NCBI GenBank assembly: GCA_965229705.1
Contig: OZ245922.1
Span: 120,001 to 152,000 of the forward strand
Origin: Candidatus Saccharimonadota bacterium
GTDB taxonomy: Bacteria; Patescibacteriota; Gracilibacteria; BD1-5; UBA6164
Length of the DNA: 32,000 bases
Direction: 5' to 3'
Below the pieces are notes generated by a model. The model was not told the origin of the DNA, made no database searches, and worked only from the letters and a program-made list of their open reading frames with translations. Every line of letters begins with the position of its first letter. The first letter of the stretch is position 1. The position numbers and the translations under genes were made by a program. This document shows positions 10,298 through 21,436 of this stretch, in pieces.

Positions 10298-10448
10298 CCT
10301 AAGGAAGCACGGAAAAATAGGAAGTGCGTAAAAACAAGTAGTTCAAGGAAAAATCAACTTGGCTGAAATAAGCGTACTCTATTGTACGAGTTTGAAGACG
10401 ATGTTGGATTTTGAAGATGAAATACGAAGTCTTTCCGCATTTCCCTAA
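10298..10448 (-). repeat. MITE-like palindromic element, type 1, copy A
   Basis: About 150 bp. Its reverse complement aligns along its full length with copies B (27741-27890) and C (29567-29712). The termini are imperfect inverted repeats (TTAGGGAAATGCGGAAA ... TTTTTCCGTGCTTCCTTAGG). Two core blocks, AGTACGCTTATTTCAG(C/T)CAAGTT and CTTGAACTACTTGTTTTTAC, are identical or nearly so in all three copies. Confidence 0.8.
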
Positions 10449-12463
10449 CGCGACTGGAGGCGAAAAGGGGTATTGTCAGGAAGAAAATCTCCACGAATAT
10501 GGCTCATACATTTAATAATATTATTATGCCAGTTAAAGTCGCTCGAAGCATAAATAGGTTTTGATGCGTCCTTGTTTCCATAGCGAGAAAGCTGATCAAT
10601 AGTATTATACTGAGAAAGATACTTGTTATTAAAAGTCTTTGTCATCCAGTGAACTCCCTGTCGAGCATTACTAAAAGTATAGGTTGATCCAGAATCAGTA
10701 TTTCCCACATTTCCCACATTAAACGCTGTCTTTAAGTGCTTTCCCAGTCAAGTTTCTGCAAGACCTACACACATCATAAAAGTAGGATCAACATTTGCAG
10801 CAATAGACTCCTCAACCCATATATTCCAGTCACGAAAAGCTCAAACAGCATAAATATTAAGAAGATACTTCTGCCTCTCTACCTCTGTGTCTCACTGTAT
10901 ACAAAATACTCCCCTCGCACACTCATCTTCAGAAGACCTATGCTCATATCATTTTCGTGAACGAAAGTCAGAAGCAAATTTAAACTGGTATTTTTCAGGA
11001 AGCTTACTATATGTCAGATACGAGAGATCCAAAAACCTCAGAGGATCAACATATTCTCCATCTTGATATACAACAAAGTGCAGATGAGGTCATGAAGTCA
11101 AAACTCAAGCTCAGGGAGTCCCATATTCTCATCATGACTCTGCAAAAACTTCTCCCTGCTTTACAAAATCATACTGCCTCACAAAACTCTTACTTACATG
11201 CCCATATAGTGTAACGAGTCAACCACTATGCTTGAGCGCAATATAAGAATATCCCGTATCAACAGGAGGTTCTATATAAATCACATATCCGTCCATTGCT
11301 GCCTGGACACTGGTTCACTGAGGAATGATAATATCTATCGCATCATGATCAGCTCAAAAACGCTCTTGATATCATCTATCATTGAAATAGGCAGAAATAC
11401 CAAGATATGGAGGTACTGGCCAGGAGAAAGGATTGTTTCCAGGAGTATCTTCTGTCAGTCTTGATTCAGCAAATATGATTTTATTGATTCATAAACACTT
11501 CTCTGAAATACCTATCAGATCAGCGTCTGTTGCAACTCATAAATCTACAAAATCACAATTATGCTCTGATAAGAGCTTTCTTTTGGTGTTATTGACTTTT
11601 ATTCTTTCACGAAGCTCTTTAATCTTGATATCTTTCTCTTCTTCAAGTTTTTCATCTATATATTTTTTATATAATTGTTCTTGTCACTTTGTTGCATCTA
11701 AGAGTCTTTGTTTTGCTGCTTTTTTGTCATCAAGGATATTTTTTTCAAGTATTCCACGCTTTCTCAGAACTCTGAGTTCTTGCTCATCTTTGGATAACTC
11801 GAGTTTTTTGATATACAACTCTGAGATATAGTTTCGGTGTTTTATAATCAGTTGTTCTCCTGTAAGCTTCACGATACTCGTAAAGTAGAGGTCATTAACC
11901 AACTCATCAATATTTTCTCCTGACAGCAAAATAGATTTAAAATTATCTATATCATCTCCTGAGCTGACACTTCTGCCTTTTTTGTACAAGTATATAATAT
12001 ACTGCTCTATGATATTACTATTTTCTGATATTTTATTCTTGAGGAGATCCACAGTTTGTTCATTTACCTCTATCTTTTTCTTGGTTTCTATAATTCTATC
12101 ATTTATGAGATCAATCTCTCATACCAGACGAGATATATCCGCCTGCAGGTCAACTAATGCTCACTCAAGAGAGCTAATCCTACTCTCGAGCTTTTGATTT
12201 TGCGCTTCAAGATATTCTCTTTTACCACTTACCTTTTCTCACAAAGCTCAATAGAGAGAGAGTCTTTCATAATTTGAAAAAATATTTCTATCATTTTCAT
12301 CAAAGTCAAAATCACTACTCTCAAAAATCATTTTCTTCTCTTGCGCTTTATACAGTTCAATGATATTTCCTGACTGCTGAGAGGTGAGGGCAAAAGCCTG
12401 TACAAAAAATAACATTCATACAAAAGCGAGGAAAAATACTTTATAGTTCTTTCTTTTATTCAT
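10445..12463 (-). CDS. peptidoglycan hydrolase: coiled-coil + M23/LytM endopeptidase + glucosaminidase-like C-terminal domain
   Basis: 672-aa frame (ATG 12463, TAG 10445-10447) open with TGA=Gly. It has a signal/TM segment, an EnvC-like coiled coil and M23 motifs HDAIDI, GYSYIALKHSGGLVTLYGHVS and TSGPHLHFVVY (that Gly is TGA 11090-11092). The C-terminal CVGLAETGLGK...FNVGNVGN region resembles a muramidase/glucosaminidase domain. Confidence 0.88.
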
Positions 12464-12842
12464 AAAAACTTTGTATAAACAGTTCAAAGCTCAATAACAA
12501 AATACACAGACATATACTACTTATCAACAAGGGGAGTCCTATAGATATGATGGATATCATTGCTATAATTCATAATCAGCATAAAAATGACTGCCTGAGA
12601 CTTGACCCTACATGAAAAAGATGTACTTCTCACCTATAATAAATTTTTTTACAAAAATACAAGATAAAAGTACAAAAAGAAACCTGACAGAGTAAAAAAC
12701 TGATAGACAGCAAACTTATGGCAAGTAAAGGGAATATGTAGGGATCAAAATAATGTAAAACCGCAAAAAAACTTGCCAGGGCAAATGTTCCTGTGAACAA
12801 ACACATCATGAGTATAAGTCTTTTTTCTAACATATAGTGCAT
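12456..12842 (-). CDS. small integral membrane protein, unknown function
   Basis: The listed ORF 12630-12842 continues through TGA codons to TAA 12456-12458, giving 128 aa with four hydrophobic segments. Its 3' end overlaps the M23 gene start by 8 nt (ATGAATAA), implying translational coupling. Confidence 0.6.
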
Positions 12843-12870
12843 AGTAAAAATAATTTATGGAAAAGAAATC

Positions 12871-12895
12871 CTATTTTTCCCTACTTCCTTAGGAG
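12871..12895 (+). repeat. solo terminus (remnant) of the type 1 MITE-like element
   Basis: CTATTTTTCCCTACTTCCTTAGGAG closely matches the right terminus of copy A (CTATTTTTCCGTGCTTCCTTAGGAAG). It contains the stop codon of the YmdB-like gene (12881-12883). Confidence 0.45.
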
Positions 12896-13684
12896 TATAT
12901 TTTCTATATTTTTTGTTTTTTTGTTCGTATCTAGTTCAACAAAGAGAGCACTTATAACTGCGTCTTTTCTCAGTGACTGCTCTATTTTTCATTTTTGAAT
13001 TCCTGTAAAAAATCTTTTTTTCACGCTCAGAGGATCAGCTCCTATGATAGAATATGCTGGTCATGTCATACCTACGTCAGAAATCATACTCGTTCCCTTA
13101 TCTAAGATCTGAGCATCATTTGTCTGAACATGAGTGTGTGTTCCGTATACGCAGGATATCTTCCCATCAAAAAAATGTGCTAGAGCATAAATCTCTGCAG
13201 TAGTCTCTCTATGAAAGTCTACTACGATTCCATCAGTATTCTGCACTTCTTGCATACTAAGGATACTTTGCAAGTTTGAGAATGGAGAGTCTACTGCATG
13301 TTTCATAAATACCTGCCCTAAGAGCTGTATCACGGCAAGACGTTTTCCATTTTTTTCACAAATATAATAGCCTTTTCCTGGAATATGATAATCAGCATGT
13401 TCATAAAAATTTGCTGGACGAATGAGTGTTGAATCTGCTTTTTTAAAATAGTCTTGTATTTTTTCTATGTTATCAAAGGCGTGGTCCCCGGTAGTCATCA
13501 CATCAACTCAGAGCTGTGAGATGTAGCTTGCGTGATCTGCTACTGGTCATCTTCATGAAGTACAATTTTCTATATTTGCAATAGTGAAGTCGGGAGTATA
13601 TTTTTGTTGAAGTTTCTCTATATTTTCTGCAAGAGCCTTGCGTCATATACGCCCATACACATCTCAAAAAATCAGGATTTTCAT
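12881..13684 (-). CDS. ymdB: YmdB-like metallophosphoesterase (2',3'-cyclic-nucleotide phosphodiesterase family, TIGR00282-type)
   Basis: 267 aa (ATG 13684, TAG 12881-12883). Motifs are MKILIFGDVYGRIGR, TTGDHAFD, DFHRETTAEI, GTHTHVQTNDAQIL and ISDVGMTGP. Confidence 0.85.
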
Positions 13685-13685
13685 A

Positions 13686-14843
13686 TTATTTTTTTTGCAT
13701 TACACGAATATAAAAAGAACTCACAATGACTACAGACATTCATGAGAAAAGTATGTATTTTATTATTGAAACAATGAGTGCTTTTCGCGAATATGATTGA
13801 AGTGTTGATAAAATATCTTCTGGCGTCTTGTCAGAGAAAAGTGTCTGCAAATACTCGTACTGAGAAGGATTTGTTTGCTGCAGGGCATTATAATAGCCAT
13901 TATAAAACAAGAGTCCTGTTTTTGATCTCTCTATCTGTCTGTCAAGAAAGCTCTGGTATCATATAAAAGGATAGAGAACGAGCATATAAAGAGCTATCAG
14001 AGCAAAGAACTTCACTCAGATATTCAAAGAGCGCGTTCTCTCAAAAGATTTCTTGATATATTCTTGAGGTTTTCATGGATGTTTGTCTGTAAATTCTCAG
14101 GCAAGAATCACATACGAAAACATAACTCGAAAAATGAAGTATATACATGCGAGCAAGGAGAAAGCAGTCACGCCAAAGAGAGTATAAGAAAATATTTCAA
14201 AGCTGATAAATCCTAGCTCTTGAAGCGTATAAAAAAAGAAAAAGATACTGATAAATGCGATAATAAAGAGTGAAAAATATCACAAAATCCTGAAAGTAAT
14301 AAAAAAATAGTTTTGAAAAAGCTTCCAAGAAAAAAAGTGTGTTTTCTCACCAAAGAAAAATCCTACAAATGACTTCTTATCAAAAAAATACCATGCTAAC
14401 AAAAGAGGAAAAACTCACAAAAGAACAAGAAAGAGATTCAACTTGAGGGCAGAAGCAAGAGAAATATGTTTTTGTTCTATGAAGTTTTTTGCTTGATATG
14501 CTATCAAGACGGCACTGTACATGAGCCCAATAAGAAGAACAAAAAAAGCTATAACAAAAACAAGACTCATAACTATTAACCAGTAAGTATTACTCGTAAT
14601 ACTTGATATAAAACCTAGAGGAATACTTCCTCCATTGACGGCGTAGCTGAGTATTGGCAGCCAATCAATAGGGTCAAAAAAAGCAATAATACCTATGAGC
14701 AGTACAAAAGGGAGCATCATACAAACGGCTATAATACTCGTCCAACTATATATGAAGGTTTTGAGGATAATAAAGTGCAGAAGTTTTTTATACACTCAGC
14801 ACAAGTCTCCTATGACTACTTTGAACTCTTGTAGAATATTCAT
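13686..14843 (-). CDS. polytopic integral membrane protein, unknown function
   Basis: 385-aa frame (ATG 14843, TAA 13686-13688) open with TGA=Gly and strongly hydrophobic throughout. It is the first gene of the minus-strand operon 14843-10445, and its stop lies 1 nt before the next start. Confidence 0.7.
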
Positions 14844-14882
14844 ATTTTCTTTTATCAAAAAATAAATATATCGTATAGATAC

Positions 14883-15052
14883 ATGCGGAAAAACTTGGTA
14901 TTTCCTTAAGGAAACTCTGAGAAAGTCCTTTTTGTTTTCTCGAGACCGGTCTCGAGTTACTTATTTCAAGGACTTGAGACCAGTCTCTTACGCAAGATTT
15001 TTCTATTTTTCAGAGTTTTCTTAGTATATTTCCTATTTTTCCGTGTTTGCAT
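14883..15052 (+). repeat. nested MITE-like repeat: type 2 element (14906-15024) inside a short type 1-like element
   Basis: The outer arms ATGCGGAAAAACTTGGTATTTCC and TATATTTCCTATTTTTCCGTGTTTGC match the type 1 termini. The inner element has termini CTTAAGGAAACTCTGAGAAA / TTTTTCAGAGTTTTCTTAG like the 27899-28006 copy. Its interior carries a perfect 18-bp palindrome, CTCGAGACCGGTCTCGAG (14939-14956). Confidence 0.7.
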
Positions 15053-15136
15053 ATATGAAATTTGAAACACATAGGCTTCTTCATATACTGTCGTATCATA
15101 GGAAATAATATATGAAAATCAATAGCTATATTCTTC

Positions 15137-16618
15137 ATGAAAAAACACGAACTCTTCTTTTCCTCTATCAAGATACCTCTTGATTTTTGATCGGTACTCC
15201 TTGCATTTTTTGTTGCCAGAGAAATACGACTTTTTTGAGACCTCATTCCATGAATTACTCTTCCGATTCAAACAATAGAAAATACTGACCTACAGTTTTT
15301 TGCTCTGATTTGAGCTCTGTTGTATGTTCTCCTTTTCGCGAGTCATGGTCTTTATGCTCTCAATATTTCAGGATCAAAAATTGCAGAAATTTTGGGAATT
15401 ATTCGCTATAGTATATACTGGTTTTTGTTTTATTGTGTGGGAGTATATTTTTGAAATGAGATTCTCTACAGTGAGGTAGATATACCTCGTCTGATTATCC
15501 TATTTACCACGATTATTAGTATATGTTTTTCTATTTTTATTCGCATTATCCTGAACGCTATTCAGTCATATTTTCTCCATAAAGGATTATTAGAAAAGAG
15601 AAATCTCATCTTGATCAGCTCAAAGTGACCACGAAGCATATGACACATCCTCCAAGACATCCATAACTCTAGCGTGTATAACATATGATGATATATGAAT
15701 AAAGAGCGAATTGAGAGTTTTGGAAAAAAAATCCCCTACATAGAAAACATCTCCATACTTGAGACTCTTGCTCAAAAGAGAGAGGTTGATGAGATCCTCT
15801 ATATAGAAAGTGATTTTTCACGATGAGAAATTTATCAAATATGGGAAATAGCTCATATATACGGTATACGCTACAAATACATCACCAACTCCGTAGACAT
15901 TACCAAAACTAATACTCAGCTCTCCCTGATCCATAAAACTCCTGTAATAGAAATACTTGCTACACCTCTCCAGAACTGGTGAAGAATCGCAAAGCGAACT
16001 TTTGATATTTGTTTTTCACTTCTTCATATTCTTATCTTATTTCCTCTCTTTGTCATTATTGCTTGCGTGATAAAATTTGATGATCCTCGGGCGCCGATTA
16101 TTTATAAAAATATAAGAAAATGACAAAACTGACAGTTGTTTTTTTGTTATAAATTTCGCTATCTCAGGTGGAAAGACTGTATCAAAGATGCTTATGGAAT
16201 TGATCATAAAAATGATCCTGCTTTTCAAAAAGAACAAGACCTCATTCATCATCATAGTAAGAGAAAAGGACCTCTGTATAAAATAGAAAATGATCCCCGA
16301 AAAACAAAAGTATGATTTTTTCTTGAGAAATACTCTCTTGATGAGCTTCCACAGCTTTTTAATGTTTTGCTATGAGATATGAGCATCGTATGACCTCGTC
16401 CACATCAAATACGGGAAGTCCAAAAGTATTCTCCTTATCAAAAAAGAGTTCTCACGATTAAGCCTGGTATCACCTGAATGGCGCAGGTCAATGGGAGAGA
16501 AAAAAATAACTTTGAAAAAGAAGCAAAGCTCGATATATTTTATATTGAAAACTGGAGTTTCTTACTTGATCTTAAAATATTATGCAAGACCTATCCTGCT
16601 GTTTTTTTCAGAAAATAA
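15137..16618 (+). CDS. polyprenyl glycosylphosphotransferase (bacterial sugar transferase, WbaP/EpsB-like)
   Basis: 493 aa (ATG 15137, TAA 16616-16618). N-terminal TM helices and a central Rossmann-like region precede the C-terminal catalytic domain. That domain reads PLFVIIACVIKFDDPRAPIIYK, DELPQLFNVLLGDMSIVGPRP, KPGITGMAQVNGR and WSFLLDLKIL, with many of its Gly residues encoded by TGA. Confidence 0.88.
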
Positions 16619-18054
16619 CTTTTTATATTTTTTTTCTCTTCTTCTGTTTTTGATTTCCTACTCTTTCTCATGGTGAGGGTACACAAGTTCTACAATATGA
16701 AGAGTATCAGTTTGTTGAAGATACACAAAAAATTTCTGCTATAGAACTTAGTGAGTCGTTTCAGGATCAGTTTCCAGATACAAATCTTGTGCTGGAATGG
16801 GATATTATTGGGCAGCCTTCTCAAAAGTGAACGGAGGCTATTTTTCGCTTTGATGATATTGGGGTACAAACATTTATTCTCAATATCTATGCGGAACAAA
16901 TATGAGCGTCTTCTCGATCTCTTGTTGAGAGTATTAACGGAGAAATATTTGTCTACCAGCAGGCTATAGCAACCTTTATTAGTCCAAAAATAGAGCAAAA
17001 AAAAGTGAGAGATTTTCAACAGGCAGGGAAGCTGTCAGGAGTATTATTTTTTGAGAGTGAGGAAATATGAGAAGGCCTAAAAAAAATAAAAAATACTGAT
17101 TTTAGTATAGTCTGGTGAGACAAAGAGTACATTTTTTGAACTTTATGAGATTTTTGAAGAGGAGCAGTTTCGGGTCTCAATCTGGTACTCATATCTTCTC
17201 ACAATCCTCATATCTTGCAATGATTTATCACCAACTCTATCTCCTGAAATATGTTTCTTCAGGAAGCTATCATTATTGATGAGTCTCTCCGAGTGCAGAT
17301 ATTACAAGAACCTGAGAGTATTATGTGACTCAAGAACCAACTCAGTACCAATGAATATCGTTTTATGCAGGTTATTTCAGATACTTCTATACAGCCATGG
17401 TTTTTTCTCTCTCGCTTTGTCAATGAACTGTCACTCAGTGGTGTTTCTCCAAGAGAAATGTATATTATTTTGATGATTCCTTTTCTGCTGACATTTACTG
17501 TTATACTAAAACATTTTGTGGGTTTTTCGACATTTGGGAGTGTCATTCCAGTATTTCTTTCTCTCTTATTTGTACAATTTGGACTGATTTTTACGAGTAT
17601 TCTTTGCCTCTTTCTTATATGTATCAATATGAGTATCTGATACTTTTTCAAGAAATATACGCTCTTATATATGCCAAAAATTGTGACTATCACACTGATA
17701 AACTTTATAGCGTTTATACTCCTATTTAATCTCAGTTTTTATACGGCTTTACCAAGTCCAGAAATACACAGTATATTTTATGTTCTTATTTTTTGTCTTA
17801 CGGCAGAAAAAATGATTCATATCATGAATACTAAGGAGTTTCGTGAGTATAAAGAAAGTTTTTGGGGAACTTTTATCGTTGCAATTTTATGATATATGAT
17901 ATATTCTCTTGGATTTTTACAGAGTTTTCTCCTTGCTTATCCAGAATACCTTCTGCTACTTATACCACTGAACATATACCTGTGAAGATTTACGGGACTG
18001 AGAATAACAGAATATTTTCGTTTTCGTGATGTACATAGGTCAATCGAAGAATAA
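16582..18054 (+). CDS. membrane protein: extracytoplasmic N-domain + C-terminal 7TM domain (resembles the 7TM module usually fused to inactive transglutaminases)
   Basis: 490-aa frame open with TGA=Gly. The start ATG 16582 overlaps the upstream gene by 37 nt and is uncertain. The C-terminal half contains HFVGFSTFGSVIPVFLSLLF and ends NIYLGRFTGLRITEYFRFRD. I recall these as hallmarks of Pfam 7TM_transglut, but this is a memory-based assignment. Confidence 0.65.
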
Positions 18055-18056
18055 AC

Positions 18057-18467
18057 CTACGACTTTTTATATTCAATGTGTATTTTTCGACAGTTTTCTC
18101 ATACTTTCTCTAGGAAAATACTTATATCACTCTCTACATGTCTTTCTAGCAGACTCGGCCACTCTATGAGAATAATACCGGTGTTATTATCTATTATTTC
18201 TTCTCATCATATAGACACAAACTCTTCGTAGTTTTCGAGTCTATATAAGTCAAAGTGATGAAATATATACGCATCATTTTTATAGATATTATAATAGGTA
18301 TATGTTGGTGAAGGGATATTTTCTAGCTCTGGAAAATATCTCCTGATAATCTCTCATGCAATTGTGGTTTTTCCCGCACCTAAATCTCAATGTAGAAAGA
18401 TAACAGACGGCATATGTATATTGAGAGTTATATTTGATATATCTTCTAAAGTATAGCTATACTGCAT
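18057..18467 (-). CDS. tsaE: tRNA t6A37 biosynthesis ATPase TsaE (YjeE)
   Basis: 136 aa. Motifs are P-loop LHGDLGAGKTT (first Gly is TGA 18387-18389), SPTYTYYNIY, HFDLYRL and IILIEWP. Confidence 0.88.
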
Positions 18468-18554
18468 TTTATAAAAAAAGTGAGCAAATATTTTGCGAGT
18501 ATCGTATTTTTGGGATATACTATATCTATAAACTTATTAAATAAATATTTTTTT

Positions 18555-18908
18555 ATGGAAACTCTCGTAGAAGTAACACAAAGACAAGAAGGCAATGTGA
18601 TGGTATTTGATTTTCGTGGTGAGCTCGATGAAACAAATGCAGATAATAGTTTTACCAAGATTTATGAGCAAATTGGAGACTTCTCTGATAAAAAAGTACT
18701 TTTCAATCTTGCTGGTCTAAAATACCTAAACTCAAAGTCTATCTGATATATCGCAGATGTTTTTTCTAATATTGAGGATAAAGACGGAGAGATGTATATA
18801 TCAAACTGCGATGAGGGAGTAAAAGATGTCTTAGAGCTAGTAGGTATTACAACCATTATTCCAACCGTAGATACAGAAAAAGAGGCTCTTGATGCTATGG
18901 CAAAATAA
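18555..18908 (+). CDS. STAS-domain protein (anti-sigma-factor antagonist-like)
   Basis: 117 aa from METLVEV (ATG 18555) to TAA 18906-18908. The pattern FDFRGELD...LAGLKYLNSKSIGYIA...LELVGI is typical of the SpoIIAA/RsbV fold. No cognate kinase or sigma factor lies in the window. Confidence 0.78.
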
Positions 18909-18927
18909 TATTGTTTGCAGAGTTTCC

Positions 18928-20049
18928 TTAATCATAAATATCTTCTGAATAAGAAGAATGAAACACTATATCGTGTAGGTTTTTTTCAAAATGTTCAAGT
19001 GAGAATTTGTGAGCTTGCTCCCTACAATTCTCTGAGAGCTTGCTACATCGATCTTCAGAAAGATATGTTACTCATGAAACAATATCTTCTACACATATAT
19101 TTTTGGGGGTAAGATATCAAGTTTTTTTATGAATAATCGTTTCTTTGAGTCCGCCATCATTTACTCATAGGACAGGCTTTCAGGCTGACATAGACTCTAC
19201 AGGACTCATTCAAAAATCTTCATCAAGAGGGATATAAATGCTTGCTCGGCAGCATGCTATATACTCATACAGATCATTGTTATCATCAAGAGTTATGCAG
19301 CGTATATTTTTGTAGCCTTGAGCAAGAGAAATAACCATATCTTTTTGAGGATCGTTTTTTCCATAAATTACGATCAATTCTTCATTTGGAAGTTTCTGAA
19401 ATGCTCTGACAACCATATCAACTCTTTTTGCGTCTGCCAGTCGGGCAAAACTTAAGAAGTATCCTTTACTCGATTTGTGATAAAACTTTTGCATATCAAC
19501 AGGAGGATACAGAACTCTTGCCTCATATCATAGATATTTCTGTATTCTTTTTTGTGTATTCATAGAGTTTGTAAGAATTATATCTATTTTTGATATATCA
19601 TACTTATACGCTAATCGAAAAATATAACAAAAAAAGAGAAAAAAAGGTTTGAGATAGAAAGGAACTTTTTTGAGATATAATTCGTGTAAATCATATAAAT
19701 ATCTCGGTGGAGTATGACAATAATAAATTTTTTTTGTTCCTTCAGGACAATTTCTCACGGCTGATAAACTATCACCACTAAATATAATAGTATGATATTC
19801 TCTAATAAATTTCGCATGGAAAAAAAATGCCCATTTGAGTTTTATATGGCGAAAACCTTTTGTGAAAACCTCTGAAGATACCGTGATCATTTTTCAACAA
19901 AAACCTTCTTTACGAAGGTCAAAACTTCCTGGACTAAAAAATCATGATGCAATATCAGCATTCAGTGACTTTCACATCATGATAATAAGTCGTTCTCCTC
20001 ATCATTTATAGAGAAAAGTATCATGAAATACGAGAATTTTTTTATTCAT
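18928..20049 (-). CDS. glycosyltransferase, GT4 (GT-B) family
   Basis: 373 aa (ATG 20049, TAA 18928-18930). The N-terminus reads LYKGGGERL (two TGA=Gly) and the C-terminal EX7E-type region reads [29 protein letters not shown]. Confidence 0.85.
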
Positions 20050-20059
20050 AGTTGGTATT

Positions 20060-21436
20060 TTATTTTTCCAATTTTTTTTGTAATTCAGAGATTTTTATAA
20101 GTGCCTCGAGAGGACTTATTTTTTCAAGGTCGAGAGATCACAGTTCTTGTAAAACGGCTTGATTTTTCTCACTGATATTATTATCTTCCTGAGAAGTATC
20201 TCATGCTCAATCATCAAAAAGCTGAGCTTGAGTACCAAAGCCTCTATATTCATGGTGGATAAGAATTTCTTTTGCATGATTGATAATTTGAGGATGAAGT
20301 CATGCTATTTTTGCTACCTCAATACCATAACTCTTCTTCACTCCTCCTGGAATAATCTTTCGCAAAAATATGATTTTTCCATCTTGTTCACTCACGCTTA
20401 CGGAAAAATTTTGCGTATTTTTGTGACACTCTGCGATATCTACCAGTTCGTGATAATGAGTCGCAAAAAGTGTTTTGGTTCAAAGTGTTTCCACAATATA
20501 CAACAATATAGATTGAGCCAAACTGAGTCAGTCATATGTGCTCGTACCTCTCCCAATCTCATCAATAATAATAAAACTCTTTTTTGTTGCATGATGGAGA
20601 ATATAGGAAACTTCTTGCATTTCTAAAAGAAAAGTAGACTGTCATAAAAACATATTGTCTTGTGCTCCAACTCTTGAAAATATCGCATCTGTAATATATA
20701 TATTGGCACTCTCACAAGGAACAGGATAGCCCATATGAGCTATCAGAGTGATAAGCGCATTTTGTCGTAAAAATGTCGACTTTCATCACATGTTTGGTCA
20801 GGTAATGACATGCAATGACTTCTCTCTCTCAAAACACAGACTATTTTCTATAAAATCATTCTCTACACTCTCTACGACAGGATGTCTTCATCATACAATC
20901 TTCCAATGTTTTTTTTCATTAAATGTTGGAAATACATAATTTTTATGCATTTTTTGATATACTCCATTTATTCAAAAATCTACTTTTTTGATAAAATCTG
21001 CAATCTTCAATACACTGCTACTCTCACGCGAAACCTTTTCATATATCTCTGCAAGCAATATCTCTTGTCTCTCATCTAAGAGTCATTGTAGTTTGATAAT
21101 ATGTTGTGAAATATCTTGTAAATTCTGTGTTGTGTACCTTGTCGACTGAGTGAGACTTTGTTTGGGAATAAAGTATTCAGGAATACTCATTCTTGAGCTT
21201 TTGGATATCTCTATTATATATCCCTCACTTTGATGAGCTTTGATCTTTATTGCGTTACTTCATAACTCTTGACGTAGCTCGTTTTCATATTCATCTTTTT
21301 TTCATTCATACTGCTGTTTTTGAAAAAAATACTCATCATAACGATCATCATATCCTTGCTTAATACATCATCATGAAGTTTCTTCATCACAAATAGCGTT
21401 TTCAATACAGTGAATAATACTGCGTAAATCACTCAT
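20060..21436 (-). CDS. mutS: MutS-family protein lacking the N-terminal mismatch-binding and connector domains (clamp/lever + ATPase + C-terminal helix only)
   Basis: 458 aa. ATG 21436 is preceded in frame by TAA (21446-21448). It aligns from roughly the middle of MutS1 ([12 protein letters not shown]..., [18 protein letters not shown]) through GRHPVVE and Walker A ITGPNMGGKSTFLRQ (three TGA=Gly) to [31 protein letters not shown] and [12 protein letters not shown]. Confidence 0.85.

Noticed and set aside
10736-12197. Plus-strand ORFs 10736-10960, 11011-11214, 11228-11464, 11433-11831 and 11982-12197.
   Set aside because: All lie antisense to the continuous 672-aa M23 hydrolase frame and show no motifs. 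They are shadow ORFs produced by AT-rich codon bias.
15010-15246. 78-aa minus-strand ORF.
   Set aside because: It spans the repeat terminus and the 5' end of the glycosylphosphotransferase gene in antisense.
20159-21079. Plus-strand ORFs 20159-20626, 20748-20939 and 20882-21079.
   Set aside because: They are antisense to the MutS ATPase frame, which carries unmistakable Walker A/B and MutS signatures.
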